64,000 nucleotides of DNA from the human T2T-CHM13v2.0 reference genome, Homo sapiens. Location: assembly GCF_009914755.1 (NCBI RefSeq), contig NC_060925.1. One strand, given 5' to 3'. Shown here piece after piece: positions 32,371-49,118 of this stretch (positions within the stretch are counted from its first letter, which is position 1; every line of letters begins with the position of its first letter). The notes under the pieces are model-generated. The model was not told the origin of the DNA and did not search any database. It saw nothing but the letters and a program-made list of their open reading frames with translations. The position numbers were made by a program, and so were the translations under genes.

Positions 32371-32656
32371 TCTTCTTTTTTATTTTTTAAAGATGTGGTC
32401 TTACTCTTTTGCCCAGGCTGGAGTGCAGTGGTACTCTCATAGCTTACTGTAACCTTGAGCTCCTGGGTTCAAGGGATCGTCCTGCCTCAGCCTCCTGAGT
32501 AGGTAGGACTACAGGTGCTTGCCACAATGCATGGCTAATTCGTTTATTTTTTGTAGAGATGGGGTCTTGCTGTGTTGAACACCTGGCCTCAAATAATCCT
32601 CCTGTCTTGGCCTCCCAAAGCACTGGGATTACAGGTATAAACCACCACACCCAACC
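32371..32656 (-). mobile_element. AluJ
   Basis: J-type dimer. Confidence 0.9.
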
Positions 32657-33235
32657 CAGTTTCCATTCTTAAAGGGGAACTCATATATCTGATTTCATAT
32701 TTCCCTTTCTCAAACAGGGGTCTTATTTTGTTGTTTCAGTAGCAGGTACTTACCATATTAGCTGAACCTGTAGATTCACTGAATTACGCCTTGTATATAA
32801 AATATTTTATCTTCATAATATTTACGTTGATTCATCCAGACATTATTAAATAGTAATGCACTCAATTTAATAAGCTAAGTAAGTTTTGTCATCTGCCTTA
32901 AAAAGTTCCATCTAAGATGATTAACATTTTTAAAAGGAAAAAAATGTTAATCCTTATCTTATCTACAGTTCCTGTTTGCCCAGTAATGTCAGATAATCAT
33001 GATTTTGAAACAAAGTGATGAAAATGAGTAGTTTAAGTTCCAACTGAGTGGACCTAATAGCCAAGCAAACAAGTTTAGCTTGGGGCTTGGGTGGTCAAGG
33101 AAGCCTTCACAGATCAAAAGTAACTGGATAAGCGCTTAAAGGAAGACACAATCAGACTCACTTTTATGAATGTAAATAGGACAAAGACAGCTTCAGGAAG
33201 CCCAGTATCTGACAGAACCCAAGGCAGGCCTGTAG

Positions 33236-34074
<839 letters not shown>

Positions 34075-34451
34075 TAAGTTCCCAGGGAATTTAGATTGTG
34101 ATTAGCACAGCTTGAGTTTGGTGACAACCCCTGATCCAACCAATTGGGATTAGGGTAGAAATCCAGGAAGCCACCCGTATGGGATGGACAGACCACCCAA
34201 TGATCACCCAGTACGGAAGTGTAGGAGAGAAAAGCCCAGGGGAGCAGGAAAGCAAGGAGAAAAGCCCGGGCAAAAGCCTGAAGGCAGAAATGTGTATGGT
34301 GTGTCCTAGTAACATTGAGTAGGGCAATTTGCAGCTTGATACATATGGAATTTATGCAAAAGTACTAAGAGATTAAATTGGAGAAATAGTTTGAGGTCAC
34401 ATTAGAGAAATTCCTGAATGTCAAACTAAAAGGTTTAAATTTTCTATGAAC

Positions 34452-34580
34452 TTCTTTTTTTTTCTTTAAGAGACAGAGTCTCACTGTGTTTCTCAGGGTG
34501 GTCTTAAAATCCTGGCCTCAAGTGATCCTCCCACTATGGCCTCCCAAAGTTTGAAATTACAGGCATGAGCCAGCATGCCC
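34452..34580 (-). mobile_element. FLAM monomer
   Basis: Left-monomer-only Alu. Confidence 0.8.
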
Positions 34581-34626
34581 CACTGACTTTTCCTTACAGC
34601 TGTACAGGTTCATATAATAAGTCCTG

Positions 34627-34999
34627 CTCCCCTTCCCCTTCCCCTTCCCCTTCCCCTTCGCCTTCCTCTTCCCCTTTCCCTTCCCCTTCTCCTTCTCTTT
34701 CTCCTTCTCCTTCTTTTTTATGACAGGGTCTCACTCAGTTGCCCTGGCTGGAGTGCAGTGGCATGATCACAGCTCATTGCAGCCTCAACCTGCCTGGGCT
34801 CAAGTAATCCTCCCAACTCAGCCTCTCAAGTAGCTGGGGCTACAGGTGCATGCCACATGCCTGGCTAATTTTTAAATTTTTTGTAGAGACAGGGGTCTCC
34901 CTATGTTGCCCAGGCCGGTCTCAAACTCCTGGGCTCAAGCAAACCTGTCTTGGCCTCTAGAAGTGCTGGGATTTCAGGCGTGAGCCACTGCACATGGCC
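34627..34999 (-). mobile_element. AluJ with (CCCTT)n-derived tail
   Basis: Pyrimidine repeat 34627-34712 followed by J-type dimer. Confidence 0.9.
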
Positions 35000-35029
35000 C
35001 TTGTAACAAGTCTTAATTGAAAATATATT

Positions 35030-35530
35030 CACAAAGTCTTTGAAGGTTAGGAAATATATTTAAATGCTTATGTTCACTACACAGTTGTTTATAATAAAAT
35101 GTTAGAAACAACCGGAATGTCCACCGACAGAAGAATGGTTAAAGCATCTATGGTATAGCCATCCTATAGAATTTAATATTAAATTAAATTAAAAGGAATG
35201 ATGTAAAGCTATAATCACTAAGATGAAAAGATCTGTTAATTACAGAAAAAATCAAGTAGAATGATATGCATAGTTTGATTCCATTTATGTTAAAATATTT
35301 CAAAAATGCATAGCTTTTAAATAGGCAGAAACATTTCTAAAAAAACATTCATGAAACTGCTAAAGTGGTTTCCTCTGGGGAAGGAAGTGGAATTGATGAG
35401 CAGGTGGGGGTGGAGGTAAAGAGTGACATTTACATTTTATGACATATGTTACATGCTTAAAAAGAAAAAAGTACAAATGTATCATTAAAAATTAAATTAC
35501 ATCGGGAAACTTACTGGAAATGAAAAATAA
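35030..35530 (+). mobile_element. L1ME 3' region
   Basis: tagaaacaaccggaatgtcc...agtggtttcctctgggga. Confidence 0.65.
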
Positions 35531-35644
35531 TTAAATTAGGAAGAAAGTTAATTCCATTTTCAATAAGACAGGGAAAAGGACATGTACCTAGTTTCAAAAT
35601 TAGAATAATAATACTGCCATTTCTGAAGTGGCTTGCAGTTTACA

Positions 35645-35880
35645 ATTAATAACTAACACCTGCTATGATCCAGACACATGTTTAGCCTTTTACATATGCT
35701 AACTCATTTAATTCTCACAAAGACCCTATCAGATAAATACTGTTATTCTCCCATCTTACTGATGAGGAAACTGAAGTACAGAGAGGAAGAGTTACTGGCC
35801 CATGGTCACATTGCCAGTAAGTGGCAGAGCTGGGATTCTGGCTCTTACATCTCAGGTCTTGATCCCCTTTGCTAAATTAC
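35645..35880 (-). mobile_element. MIR
   Basis: ctcatttaattctcacaa...gatgaggaaactgaag...gtaagtggcagagctgggatt. Confidence 0.85.
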
Positions 35881-36109
35881 ACTTATGCAAAAGCATTTTT
35901 GTATTGACTCCTGTGCCCTCAAGCACCTACTGTCCCCCATGTCACATGAGAGAAAACTAGGAGCTCTATCTTAGTGTACTGCAATGGATTATTTTCATGT
36001 TCATGTACCCACTAGACTTTCGACTCCATCATGCAAGGAATCCCCATTTTGTTGCTGATATATCCTAGTTTTGTACTTTGGCACACAGGAAGTGGGCAAT
36101 TTTGAATGC

Positions 36110-36686
36110 TGTGGTGGTTTAAATTGTCCACAAATTTTTTGGCACTCCCTTTAAGAGGAAGAGTCTAATTGCCCTCCCCTTGGGTATGGACTGGATTTAG
36201 TGACTCACTTCTAATGGATAGAATAAAGCAAAAGTGACATTGTGTGACTTCAGAGACTAAGACATACAAGGCACTGTGGCTTCCTGTTCTCTCTTATGCT
36301 TGCGCTCTCTCTCGCACGCTCATTCTCTCTCTCTCTCTCCCCCTTCCTCCATCCATCCTCCTGCCCTCAGAACACTTGCTCTGAGGGAAACCGGCTGCCA
36401 CATCATGCAGAGAGGCCTATGTGTTGAGAAACTGAGGCCTCCAGCCAACAGCCAGCAAGAAACTAAAGCCTCCTGCTAATAGCCACGTGGGTGAGCTTGG
36501 AAGTTGATCCTCCGGCCTCAGTCATGCCTTCTGATGACTGCAGCCCAGCTTTCCTCTGGACTGTATCGTCCAGTTAAGCTCCTACCAAATGTATAACCTT
36601 TAGAAACTGTAAAATAATAACTGTTCATTGTTGGAAGTCACTAAACATTGGGGCAATTTGTTACATGGCAATAGATAACTAATACA
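36110..36686 (+). mobile_element. MLT1F-type MaLR LTR
   Basis: gagtctaattgccctccccttg...tagtgactcacttcta...gcaatagataactaataca. Confidence 0.85.
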
Positions 36687-36712
36687 AATATTCTTTATTT
36701 AAAAAAATAGGT

Positions 36713-37017
36713 GGCCAGGCATGGTGGCTTACACCTGTAATCCGAACATTCTGGGAGGCCAAAGCTTGAGGTTGGCAGTTTGAGACCAGCTGGGCAATAT
36801 AGTGAGACCCTGTCTCTTAAAAAAAAGTAGTAAATAAACTAGCCAGCCGTGGTGGCATGCCTGTAGTCCTAGCTACTTGGGAGGCTGAGGTGGGAAGAAG
36901 CTATTCTCCCACTTCAAGGCCATCCAGCCACTTTGTGGCTGTAGTGAGCTATAATTGCACCACTGCACTCCAACCTGGGTAACAGAGACAGATCCTGTCT
37001 CTAAAATAATAATAATA
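36713..37017 (+). mobile_element. AluJ with a replaced internal segment
   Basis: J-type dimer; non-consensus sequence at ~36896-36936. Confidence 0.85.
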
Positions 37018-37207
37018 GATATGTTTATATTCACAACTTGAATATTTATGAAACATATTAATGTGCTTTTTTCTTTTTCATTTTCATGTATATGATCTTT
37101 TCTTTAGTAGACCAAAAGCATTCATTTGCCTGGGGGCAGTGTGTGGAGGGTGGGATTAGAACTGTCAAAGCAAAAATTTTAAAAGGAAGAGTTAAAAATC
37201 AGCTTCT

Positions 37208-37505
37208 GGCTGGACACGGTGGCTTATGCCTGTAATCTCAGCACTTTAGCAGGCCGAGGCGGGAGGACTGCTTGAGCTCAGGAGTTTGAGACCAGCCTGA
37301 GCAACATCATGAGACTTCATCTCTACAAAAAATGGAAAAATAAGCTGGGTGTGGTAGTGCATGCCAATAGTCCCAGCTACTTGGGAGGCTGAGGCAGGAG
37401 GATCACTTGAGCCCGGAAGATCGAAGCTGTAGCAGCCTGGGTGGCAGAGCAACACCCTGTCTCAAAAAACAAACAAACAAACAACAACCAACAAAAAACA
37501 AAAAA
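37208..37505 (+). mobile_element. AluJ
   Basis: TSD aaaaa(t/c)cagcttc. Confidence 0.9.
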
Positions 37506-38654
37506 CCAGCTTCCGATATCCAAAATAGGACTTTTCATTGAAATAGTTACTTAGAAAGCCAGAAAAAAGGTGAGAAAATATATTTTCCAGATTCCTTTTA
37601 CTACCACTGACATATCGAAGGTTATACCTGGTAAACTAGATCATAGTTTATTTTATAGTATAAGGAGACATATTTTTTCACCTGTGATGACTAGACCACT
37701 GAGCTTGCTGTCCCAGGATGGAGCAAGGGTAGGACATTGAGGAAGTAGAATGTCTGAACCTCTTCCTGTTCTAGTGGATGGCAGGGAGAAGAAGGGGAGT
37801 GGAGTTAGGAAAACTAGGTAATGAAAAGTTCTCTTGATCCCAGGAGTAAATCCCAGGGAAGGAAGGTGTTTCAGACTGATTGAAGGCTAAGGCCTGAGGG
37901 GCTTCTCTTCTGTTTCCCATTTGGGATTCCAGAAGGAAATCGCTAGTTAAGGTGAGTCAGCAGTACAATTGGGTAGGCCCAGAAGAGGAAAGAGAGCAAA
38001 ATAGAGTAGTCAGGAAAAGAGGGCCCAGTTTGGGCGCCTGTTAGCTCCTGTGTGGTGTGAAAGGCACTCAGATGTTCCTGCATCTCTGATGGAAAACACA
38101 GAACCTGGCTCAGCTGAGAGACAACAGCTCTGTCATGGGGAGGTTGAAGTGACCCCACAGCAAAGTGGAGAGGAAGTTGTTGAACAGAAGCTGTGGCAGA
38201 GACTCAAAGAGGCCTATAATGCTGGTGAGAACTATGGTGGCCTGAGTCATCTGAGGTCTGAGGTCTGAGGTCCTGACCAAGTAGAGAAAAAGGACCATCC
38301 TAGGAAATACCCCAGCTACTAAGCAAAGATACCAACAGAAGACCATAAAGAGCACCCGTGAGGCCTTAGTGGACACCAGTCCAGGAGCCAGCCTAGGACA
38401 GCTCACCTCAGTCACCTGACTATGGAAACTGACAAACTAAGAATGTTAGATTGAAGATAGAGTATCAAATATTAAAATAATTATTAGAAATAAGATTAGA
38501 AGTATCAAAGTACTAATAAGACAGTAAGGAATTAGCAGGACAAAATCTAAGGTATACTGAGTACTGAAGCCACTTTTGCCCTGAGGACATTTGCCAATAC
38601 AGCCAATTTGAGCCTCTATCTCCTAAGAAGGAAAGTACAAAAGAAAATTCACCA

Positions 38655-39450
<796 letters not shown>

Positions 39451-40349
39451 GAAAATCCATCAATGGAATTGGAATTCAAAGGCTACATTTTCCCCAAATT
39501 TCTACCCTAAAGGGACTGCTGCTGACCAGTACAATGAGGAAACAATTTCATCTCTGAAAATTTGTAATCACTTGCTGGCATTATTGAAGTTATAACCACA
39601 GGGTGGTCCAAAAGAATTCAAGCCACAAATTTCATTTAATTTGGTGCCATATTGATGACGTCCCTAGGAAGCAAAGGAACAAATACAAATCCATTTTGAG
39701 AAGTTACCCTCATCCTGGGCCTCAATGTATTTACACAAATAAGTTTTCAAGGTTAACAAGCAGTACTGGTAAAAAAAACAACTAAGCATACATAATAAGC
39801 ATCACGTATGAGAGCTAGAAGAAATGAAAGAGTAGAAACAGAGTCAAAAAGATTTCAGATGCTGGAATTATCAGACACAGATTATAAAATTATGCCTACT
39901 ATTGTTAAAGAAATAAAAGATGAGCTTGAAAATATCTTCAAGATACTGGAAACTACAAAAAGTGACCAACAAATTTTTAAGAACAATAAAATTAAACTTC
40001 TAGAAATAAAATTTACCATTACTGAGATTGAGAGCAAAACAAAAACCAACAGCTTAACAGCATATTACATACAACTGAAAAGAGAATTAGAGAACAAGAA
40101 GGTTGGGTCACAAGATTTTACAGAATGAAGCATAGAAATTTAAAGAAATACAATATATGAAAGAGAAATTAAAATTCATAGAAGATAGAGTGAGAAAGTC
40201 TAACATATATTTAATTAGAGCACTAGAAGACCAGAGATTATATGGCAGAAACAGTATTTGAAGAAATACTGGCCTAAACTTTTCCAGAACCTATTAATGA
40301 AATTAATTCACATACTCAAGAGGCCAAACAAATCCCAGGAAGAAAGGTG

Positions 40350-40498
40350 GGCAGGAGAGAAGGAGAAGAAGAAAAAGAACAAAGGAGGGAAGGAAAGGGA
40401 AAAAAGGAGGAAAAGGAAAGAAGGTAGAAAGAAAAGAAAGAAAGAGAGAATGGGAGGGAGGGAAAGGAAAGGAAAGAAAGGAGAAAAAGAAAGAAAAA
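40350..40498. repeat. GA-rich low-complexity tract
   Basis: Read directly. Confidence 0.9.
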
Positions 40499-40669
40499 TT
40501 CTCACTCAAATTCATCACAATAAAACTAATGAACATCAAAGGAAAAAATTTGAGGTCAGGGAAAGTGTGGAGATCATTATCAAAGGAATGGCAGTGAGAT
40601 GGACCACTAACTTCTCAGTAGCTGCAATGGAAGCCAAATGACAATACAATAACACACTCCATGGGTTGA

Positions 40670-40998
<329 letters not shown>

Positions 40999-42353
40999 CA
41001 TATTATTCTATTCTTAGTGAAAAAAAATCTTTCAAGAATGAGGGCATAGTATTAATATGTACATTTCCAAAAACAAGTAGAAACACAGAGACTTTGCTAT
41101 TATCCAGACCTTTGTACAAAGGAATTCAGAAGGGTGTCATTCTGGAAGAAAGAATGAGATCCTAGATGGATGCTCTGAGGTACAAGAAAGAATGAAGAGT
41201 AAAGAGAGTGGTAAATATATGAATAAATCTAAACAATGCAAAATTGTGCATAACACAGCATTAACAATGTCATATGAGATGAAAAAGTAAATAAATACAC
41301 AAAAATAAAAGCATGCAAATTAAGAAGAGAGTCAATGAGGTTGGTGTTTAGTTTTTGTGGTATTTAGCACAAGAAAAACATTAGTGACTAACTTTTTACT
41401 TAATAGGTGATATATACATATAAACATGTTAGGCTAAACTCTAAAAAATAATAAAGACAGAATATAGCCTATAAACAGAGTTAAAAAAAGGAATAAAAAT
41501 AATACAAAAAAGAAGAGAAAAAGAAGTATATAAAAGTGAAGCAAAGAGAAAGCAAAATGTAAAGTGATAGATTTAAAATATTAGTAACTAATATCAGTTA
41601 ATTAAAATGAATAAAATGTAAATGGATTAAATACTTCAGTTAAAAGACAAAGCTTCTCGGACTGGAGAAAACTTATAGATATTCAAACAGGTTGAAATTT
41701 TAAAACGGAAATATAACTCCAAAAGAATTGGCATTTTTATGTTAATAGTACACAAAATAGACTTTAAGCCAAAAATCATTATTGAAAACAATTTGGCAAT
41801 TCCTCAAAAAGCTAAAAATAGCATTACCATATGGCCCAGTAATGCCACTCCTAAGTATTATATATATATCCCAAAGAATAGAAAGCGGGGACTCAAACAA
41901 GTACTTGTATACCAGTGTTCATTGTAGCATTATTTACAATGGTCAAAAGGTGGAAACAACCCATGTACCAACCAGATGTATGAACGAAATGTGGTATATA
42001 CATACAATGGAATATTATTCAGACATAAAGAGGAGTGAAGTTCTGATAGATGCCCCATGGTAGATAAACCTTGAAGACATATGCTAAGTGAAATAAGCTA
42101 GATGCAAAAGGACAAATATTGTATAACTACACTGACATGAAATATCTCAAATAGGAAAATTCGTAGAAATGTAAACTAGACGCAAGTTTGTCAGGGGCTG
42201 GGGAGAAGGGACCTGGGGAGTTTTTACTTACTAGTTACTGAGTTTCAGTTTGGGGTGATGAAAAAGTTTTCGAAGTAGATAGCGATGGTAGTTGTATAAC
42301 ATTGTGGACCTAAGTAATGCCACTAAATTGTACCCTTAAAAATGGTTTAAATG

Positions 42354-42977
<624 letters not shown>

Positions 42978-43197
42978 TTAAAATTACAACAATAAAGATA
43001 ATCACTTAACAATACAATTTCAGCTTACTAGGAAAATATAAAAATTTTGAATTTATAAGTACCTAGTAGTGCAGCCACAAATTATATAAGAGAAAAATCA
43101 GAAGATCCATATGGAGAAATAGACAAATCTACAATTATATGGGAAATTAAAAAATACATCTCCCGATAATTGATAGAACAAGAAAAATCATTAAATA

Positions 43198-43544
<347 letters not shown>

Positions 43545-43833
43545 CTAATAGAGATTATCTATATTTCATTCAACAACTGCAGAAAAAAATTCTGAAGTCC
43601 ACACAGAATATTTCAAAAATGGACTCATACATAGTCATTAAAACAAGCCTCAACAGATATTAAAGGATTAATACAGAGGATGTTTTCTGACCTAAAGTGA
43701 TCTAACTATAAATCAATAATAAAAAGGTAAACAGAGCATCTCCATGTTTGGAAAATTAAAACCATGCTTTTAAATAACTCATGGGTCAAAGAAGAAATCA
43801 TAGTGGAAAAAATTTTTAATTGTGAACTCTGCC

Positions 43834-44123
43834 TTTTTTTTTTTTTTGACAGATTCTCACTCTTGTCGCCCAGGCTGGAGTTCAGTGGCAGGATCTCACT
43901 GCAAGCTCCACCTCCTGGGTTCAAGTGATTCTCCTGCCTCAGCCTCCCAAGTAGCTGGGATTACAGGTGTCTGCCACCAGGCCCAACTAATTTTTGTATT
44001 TTTAGTAGAAATGGGGTTTCACCATGTTGGCCGGCGCTGGTCTCGAACTCCTGATCTCGGGTGATCCTCCCGCCTCAGCCTCCCAAAGTGCTGGGATTAC
44101 AGGTGTGAGCCACCGCACCTGGC
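43834..44123 (-). mobile_element. AluS
   Basis: TSD tgtgaact(c/g)tgccttttt. Confidence 0.9.
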
Positions 44124-44476
44124 TGTGAACTGTGCCTTTTTAAAATGTGTGAGTGACTTAAAAATTACTTCATATCAAAAACATATAGGGTAATAGCTAA
44201 AAAGTGTTTACAGAGCTGATTTATAGCCTTACATTTTATATTAGAAAAGAAAAAAGGCTAAAAGTAAGTAAGTCAAGCATCTGCCTCAGGATATTAGAAA
44301 TAAGCTGCAAGATAAACAGAAATAAAGAAGTAGGAAAGAGATAACAAATAAGAACAAAAATGTGTAAAATAGAAAAACTATGTAACAGGAACAATAAAGC
44401 CAATAGTTGATTCTTTGAGAAGACTAAAAAAGGTGTAAAATATTTGGTGAAACTAATGAGAGACACACATACATAC

Positions 44477-44500
44477 AGAGAGAGAGAGAGAGAGAGAGAG

Positions 44501-44531
<31 letters not shown>
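44477..44531. repeat. (GA)n(CA)n compound microsatellite
   Basis: Read directly. Confidence 0.95.
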
Positions 44532-44534
<3 letters not shown>

Positions 44535-44742
44535 ATCAGGAGTGAAAAAGGGGATATTACTCCAGATGTTGTACACACTGGAAAGATAATAAAAGGATAT
44601 AATGAATGACTTAAATCTAATCCATTTGACAAAGTACACTATATGGACTAATTTCATCGGGGAAAAATCAACAAACCTTATAAAGATATTTTAAAAACAT
44701 GAACATGATTCTGCTAAGAGAGCATTTGAAAAAAATAATAAA

Positions 44743-45067
44743 GGCCGGGCCCGGCGGCTCACGCCTGTAATCCCAGCACTTTGGGAGGCCGAGGCGGGCA
44801 GATCACGAGGTCAGGAGACCGAGACCATCCTGGCTAACACGGTGAAACCCCGTCTCTACTAAAAATACGAAAAAATTAGCCGGGCGTGGTGGCGGGCGCC
44901 TGTAGTCCCAGCTACTCGGGAGGCTGAGGCAGGAGAACGGGGTGAACCCAGGAGGCGGAGCTTGCAGTGAGCCAAGATCGCGCCACTGCCCTCCATCGTG
45001 GGGGACAGAGTGAGATTCCGTCTCAAAAAAATAAAAATAAAAATAATACAAAAAACAAAAACAAAAA
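44743..45067 (+). mobile_element. AluY, CpG-rich
   Basis: gagaccatcctggctaacacggtgaaaccccgtc...ggcgggcgcctgtagtcc. Confidence 0.95.
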
Positions 45068-45638
45068 TCTCGAACAATCCTATGATCATTAAATAAGTTG
45101 AATCGTTTACAGAAAATCCACAAAGAAAATTCCAGGACCAGAAGCCTTTCATATGACTTCCACCAATCTTTTAAGGAACAAAGTATTTTAATATTACATA
45201 AACACATACAAGAAGGAACAACTCTCAAACTCATAAGACACTAAAATTCATGTGAAGACTATGTCAAAATAAAATTACAATCTAATTTGACCTATGGATG
45301 TATGTTGAAAAAAATCTGAAACAATATATTAGCAAACTGAATCCAGCAATACAAAAAGATAATATAGAAAAGCAAGTGTATCCTAGGAATACAAAATTGG
45401 TTTAATATTTGAAAATGAAACAATGTAATTTGTCATGTTAATAGAATAAAGGAGAGAACCCATATGACCCCCCCCCCAATATATTTAGGAAAAGTGAATG
45501 GTTAAAAAAAAAAGTCAATATGTATTCTTAATTTTAAAAATCAGCAAACTTGAAATAAAAGGAAACTTTTAAGTGAAATAGGGTACCTACAGAAAATCTG
45601 TAGCAAACATCATGCAAAATAGCGAAGTTGCTATGTCA

Positions 45639-46262
<624 letters not shown>

Positions 46263-46729
46263 GCTGTGTATAACTTTAGTTCTGTTAGACAATGCCACAC
46301 TCTTTCAAAGTGGTTGTGCTAATTTATACTCTCAGCAACAGCCTATGAGAACTCTCATCACCAATCCACATTATCACCAAAAGACTGTGAACCACTGTCC
46401 TAGAGAAACTCTTGCAATGTGTACTACAGACAAGTACAAGAATTTTCTCAGCATCATTGTTCTGAGTAGCTTGAAACTGGAAACGATTCACTGTGCTTCT
46501 GGGGAGGCAGCAAAATTTTATATCTGGATCACAGTACTGGTTATGTAGATGTTCATTTTATAATCATTCAAACTGCACATATATGCTTTATGCACTTTTC
46601 TATATGTACTGCATATGTCTCATTTGAACTTCTACAAAGGCATTATATTCTTCAAAGAAACTTCACACACATTTTAATAAATCTTATCTGATTTTACAAT
46701 TACCACTTGTGGTTCCTATAAGAAACTTG

Positions 46730-47225
46730 TCCATATTAGTTAGGGCTCCACTAGAAAAGAAATTATTTGTACAAATTTGGTAATTTGAGAAGAGTTTAAT
46801 TTAAAAGGACCATCTACAAAGGTGTGGGCAGGGTTTAAGGAGCTCAAATGTGGTAACAAAATACTCTAGAACTAGTAACTTGGGGTGCCTTTCCCACCCT
46901 TTGGGGCAGGGAAAGAAAGCCTTTATTAGAACCAGGAGATAGAGCTATGTGGAGAGAGCTACTCAACTTGAGCTATGACCTCTAGTGGAAAGACAGAGCC
47001 AGTCCACACCACAGTGACCGCATACAAAGGGGATAAATACCCTGATTTTGCTCCTCTCCCTTCCCTCTCCCAATCTTCTGTCTGTGCTCCTTGTTGGTGA
47101 ACCCAACCAGAAGCCAGAAGACAAGAGAATCTGTGGATGCAATGCATTTAGGTCAACCACCCAGAGAACCCAGCAGAATGGAGCTGGGCAAAGAGTAGAT
47201 CCGAAGTGATGAGAAGTTGTTCACA
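46730..47225 (-). mobile_element. Old ERV-L LTR (LTR40/LTR41-like)
   Basis: gagagtttaat...tacaaaggtgtgggcagggttt...aacccaaccagaagccaga; abuts ERV-L internal sequence. Confidence 0.65.
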
Positions 47226-47815
47226 TGTCCGTCTGAATCTAAAGTGGTAGCCACTTCCAGTGTTTTTCTTTTAAAATACAAGGTTTGGGGAGAAGGAGAA
47301 ATGACCAAGGGATTTAAATTATAGCTGTTATAATCCCTGCTTCTGCAGCTGATGACAAGGCGTACATTGGTACTCAAGGCTACCTTCTTCCACCTCCCAC
47401 TTCTGTTCTTTCCTTCCATCGGCACTTCAGCAGGATGTGTTTTACCTTTTTCCTTGTCCCAGGCTACTTGTCCCATAGTAAAGATGCTTTTGCCTATTTT
47501 CCAAAGTAGATTTGGAGAGACCCAAACTTCGTTGCGTGTAGGATATGAGGCATTGATAATCTTGTCTTTATTGGGTGGCTGCACTTTTCCATTCACCAGA
47601 ACAGTGGGCCAAGGAATGCTAAGAAGTTGTTCATTGAATCCCTGAGTTCTAAACATAGCTCTCCCTGTCTATCCCCGCTAGGTAGCAGCAATCTAATTAC
47701 TGCTGTTAAGGATATATTACCCCTTTTCTATATATTGGTTCTATGACCTAAGGAACCCCTAATGCCTGGGGGTAAGACTTAGCTTCCATTTCATTGGAAC
47801 CATGTCTATTATACT
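47226..47815 (-). mobile_element. ERV-L internal 3' fragment (end of pol region)
   Basis: ORF 47153..47656 (PWPTVLVNGKVQPPN...EVWVSP...PAEVPMEGK) resembles the ERV-L pol-region C-terminus. Confidence 0.7.
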
Positions 47816-48989
47816 TCCCATTTTTTTAGAAGAGGACACTAAAACCAAGAGAATTTGCAATATTTGCCTAAGAGTGCATAGTTAGTACAACAATGGAACT
47901 AGAAGCTCAGCCTCCTGACTTTCAGACTCATTTGCTTCCCACATACTGGAGGAGTACAGCTGTGTCTTATCACTGTAACAGGTGGACATGGGAAACAGCA
48001 ATAACACAACGTTAGACTGTGATAAAGGTGACTCAAGGGAGGGAGGAATACACAGTAGCAGATGTCCTCTAAATATTAAGGCACAGTAGAGAATAAGACA
48101 TTTGTCATCCTGCCATCTCATTGTGCCAAGCTACAAGAGTAATGTTTTTGCCCTGTGTTTTTCCAAAGCAGGGCCTTTTCCAAAACAATTCAGGGTGATG
48201 ACTACTTGAGTGCATTTTAATGTGTTTGCTAATGAATTTTCTTGATATTGGAAAATAACATTTTTCTTGTGTAATGTCCCCTCTCCTTTCTCTCAAAGGA
48301 GCCCACATTGCCATTTTTTTATTTTTTTATTTTTTCTTGGTCACAGAGAAGTCCATGCTAGTGAAGCAATTAAGGGCTCTTTCTAACCCATAAATCACCA
48401 ACAAAATGGATATTCCAGTGCACCCATAGGGATTGGAGGGCTCATGTGAGGGAAGTTTGTAAATGACTCTGCATTTTAGGATTTCCATAGCCTTTCTGAG
48501 GCCCATTAAACTGATCAGTAGGTAGTAAGTGATGAGGCATAAGGCTGGGAGGTGGGGTGATGTAAAGAAAAAATTAAGAAATGAGACTGAGTCAGCCAAA
48601 GTGAAAATTTAGTTTGTAAGAGTTGGTGCCTCTTCAGACTTCTAAGCAACTTGAAGAAGGTAATCACCATTTTATTACTTTTATTATCTTCTTTATTTTT
48701 AGACTTTAACATAGTCAATAGTGGGTTGCAGTACCTTGCTAAGAGGGAGGAGAACCAACTTCATACATTAGTGTCATGCTAAAATATTCATTGGGAAAAA
48801 TTAATATAGCATTTTATTTAGGGCTTTCAATGTGTATATCAAAGGAGAAACTAATCAGGGGAAATTCAGTCTATTCTTAAGTTGGTGGGGAATGATATTT
48901 TTTGATAGGGAGTTTTTCACACCTGTTAGATCATATAAATTCAGTGGATGCTTTTTTTCTCATGAAAAGTGAGGAAGCAGTAAACATTT

Positions 48990-49058
48990 AAAACATAGAA
49001 TTTTTTTTCCTGTCATCCTTACACAGGGGCCATGCTAATCTTCTCTGTATCATTCCAA
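48990..49058 (-). pseudogene. U6 snRNA pseudogene fragment (RNU6 family)
   Basis: Reverse complement of 49011-49058 is ttggaatgatacagagaagattagcatggcccctgtgtaaggatgaca, 45/48 identical to U6 nt 31-78 (ACAGAGA box and ISL); 5' stem-loop absent. Confidence 0.93.
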
Positions 49059-49118
49059 CTATTAATTATTTTTAAGTGAAGTATTTAATACGCTGATGTT
49101 AAGGTTCGGTTCAATGAC

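Noticed and set aside
48990-49058. Functional U6 gene
   Set aside because: Lacks U6 nt 1-30 and an intact 3' end, and no upstream PSE/TATA arrangement was recognised.
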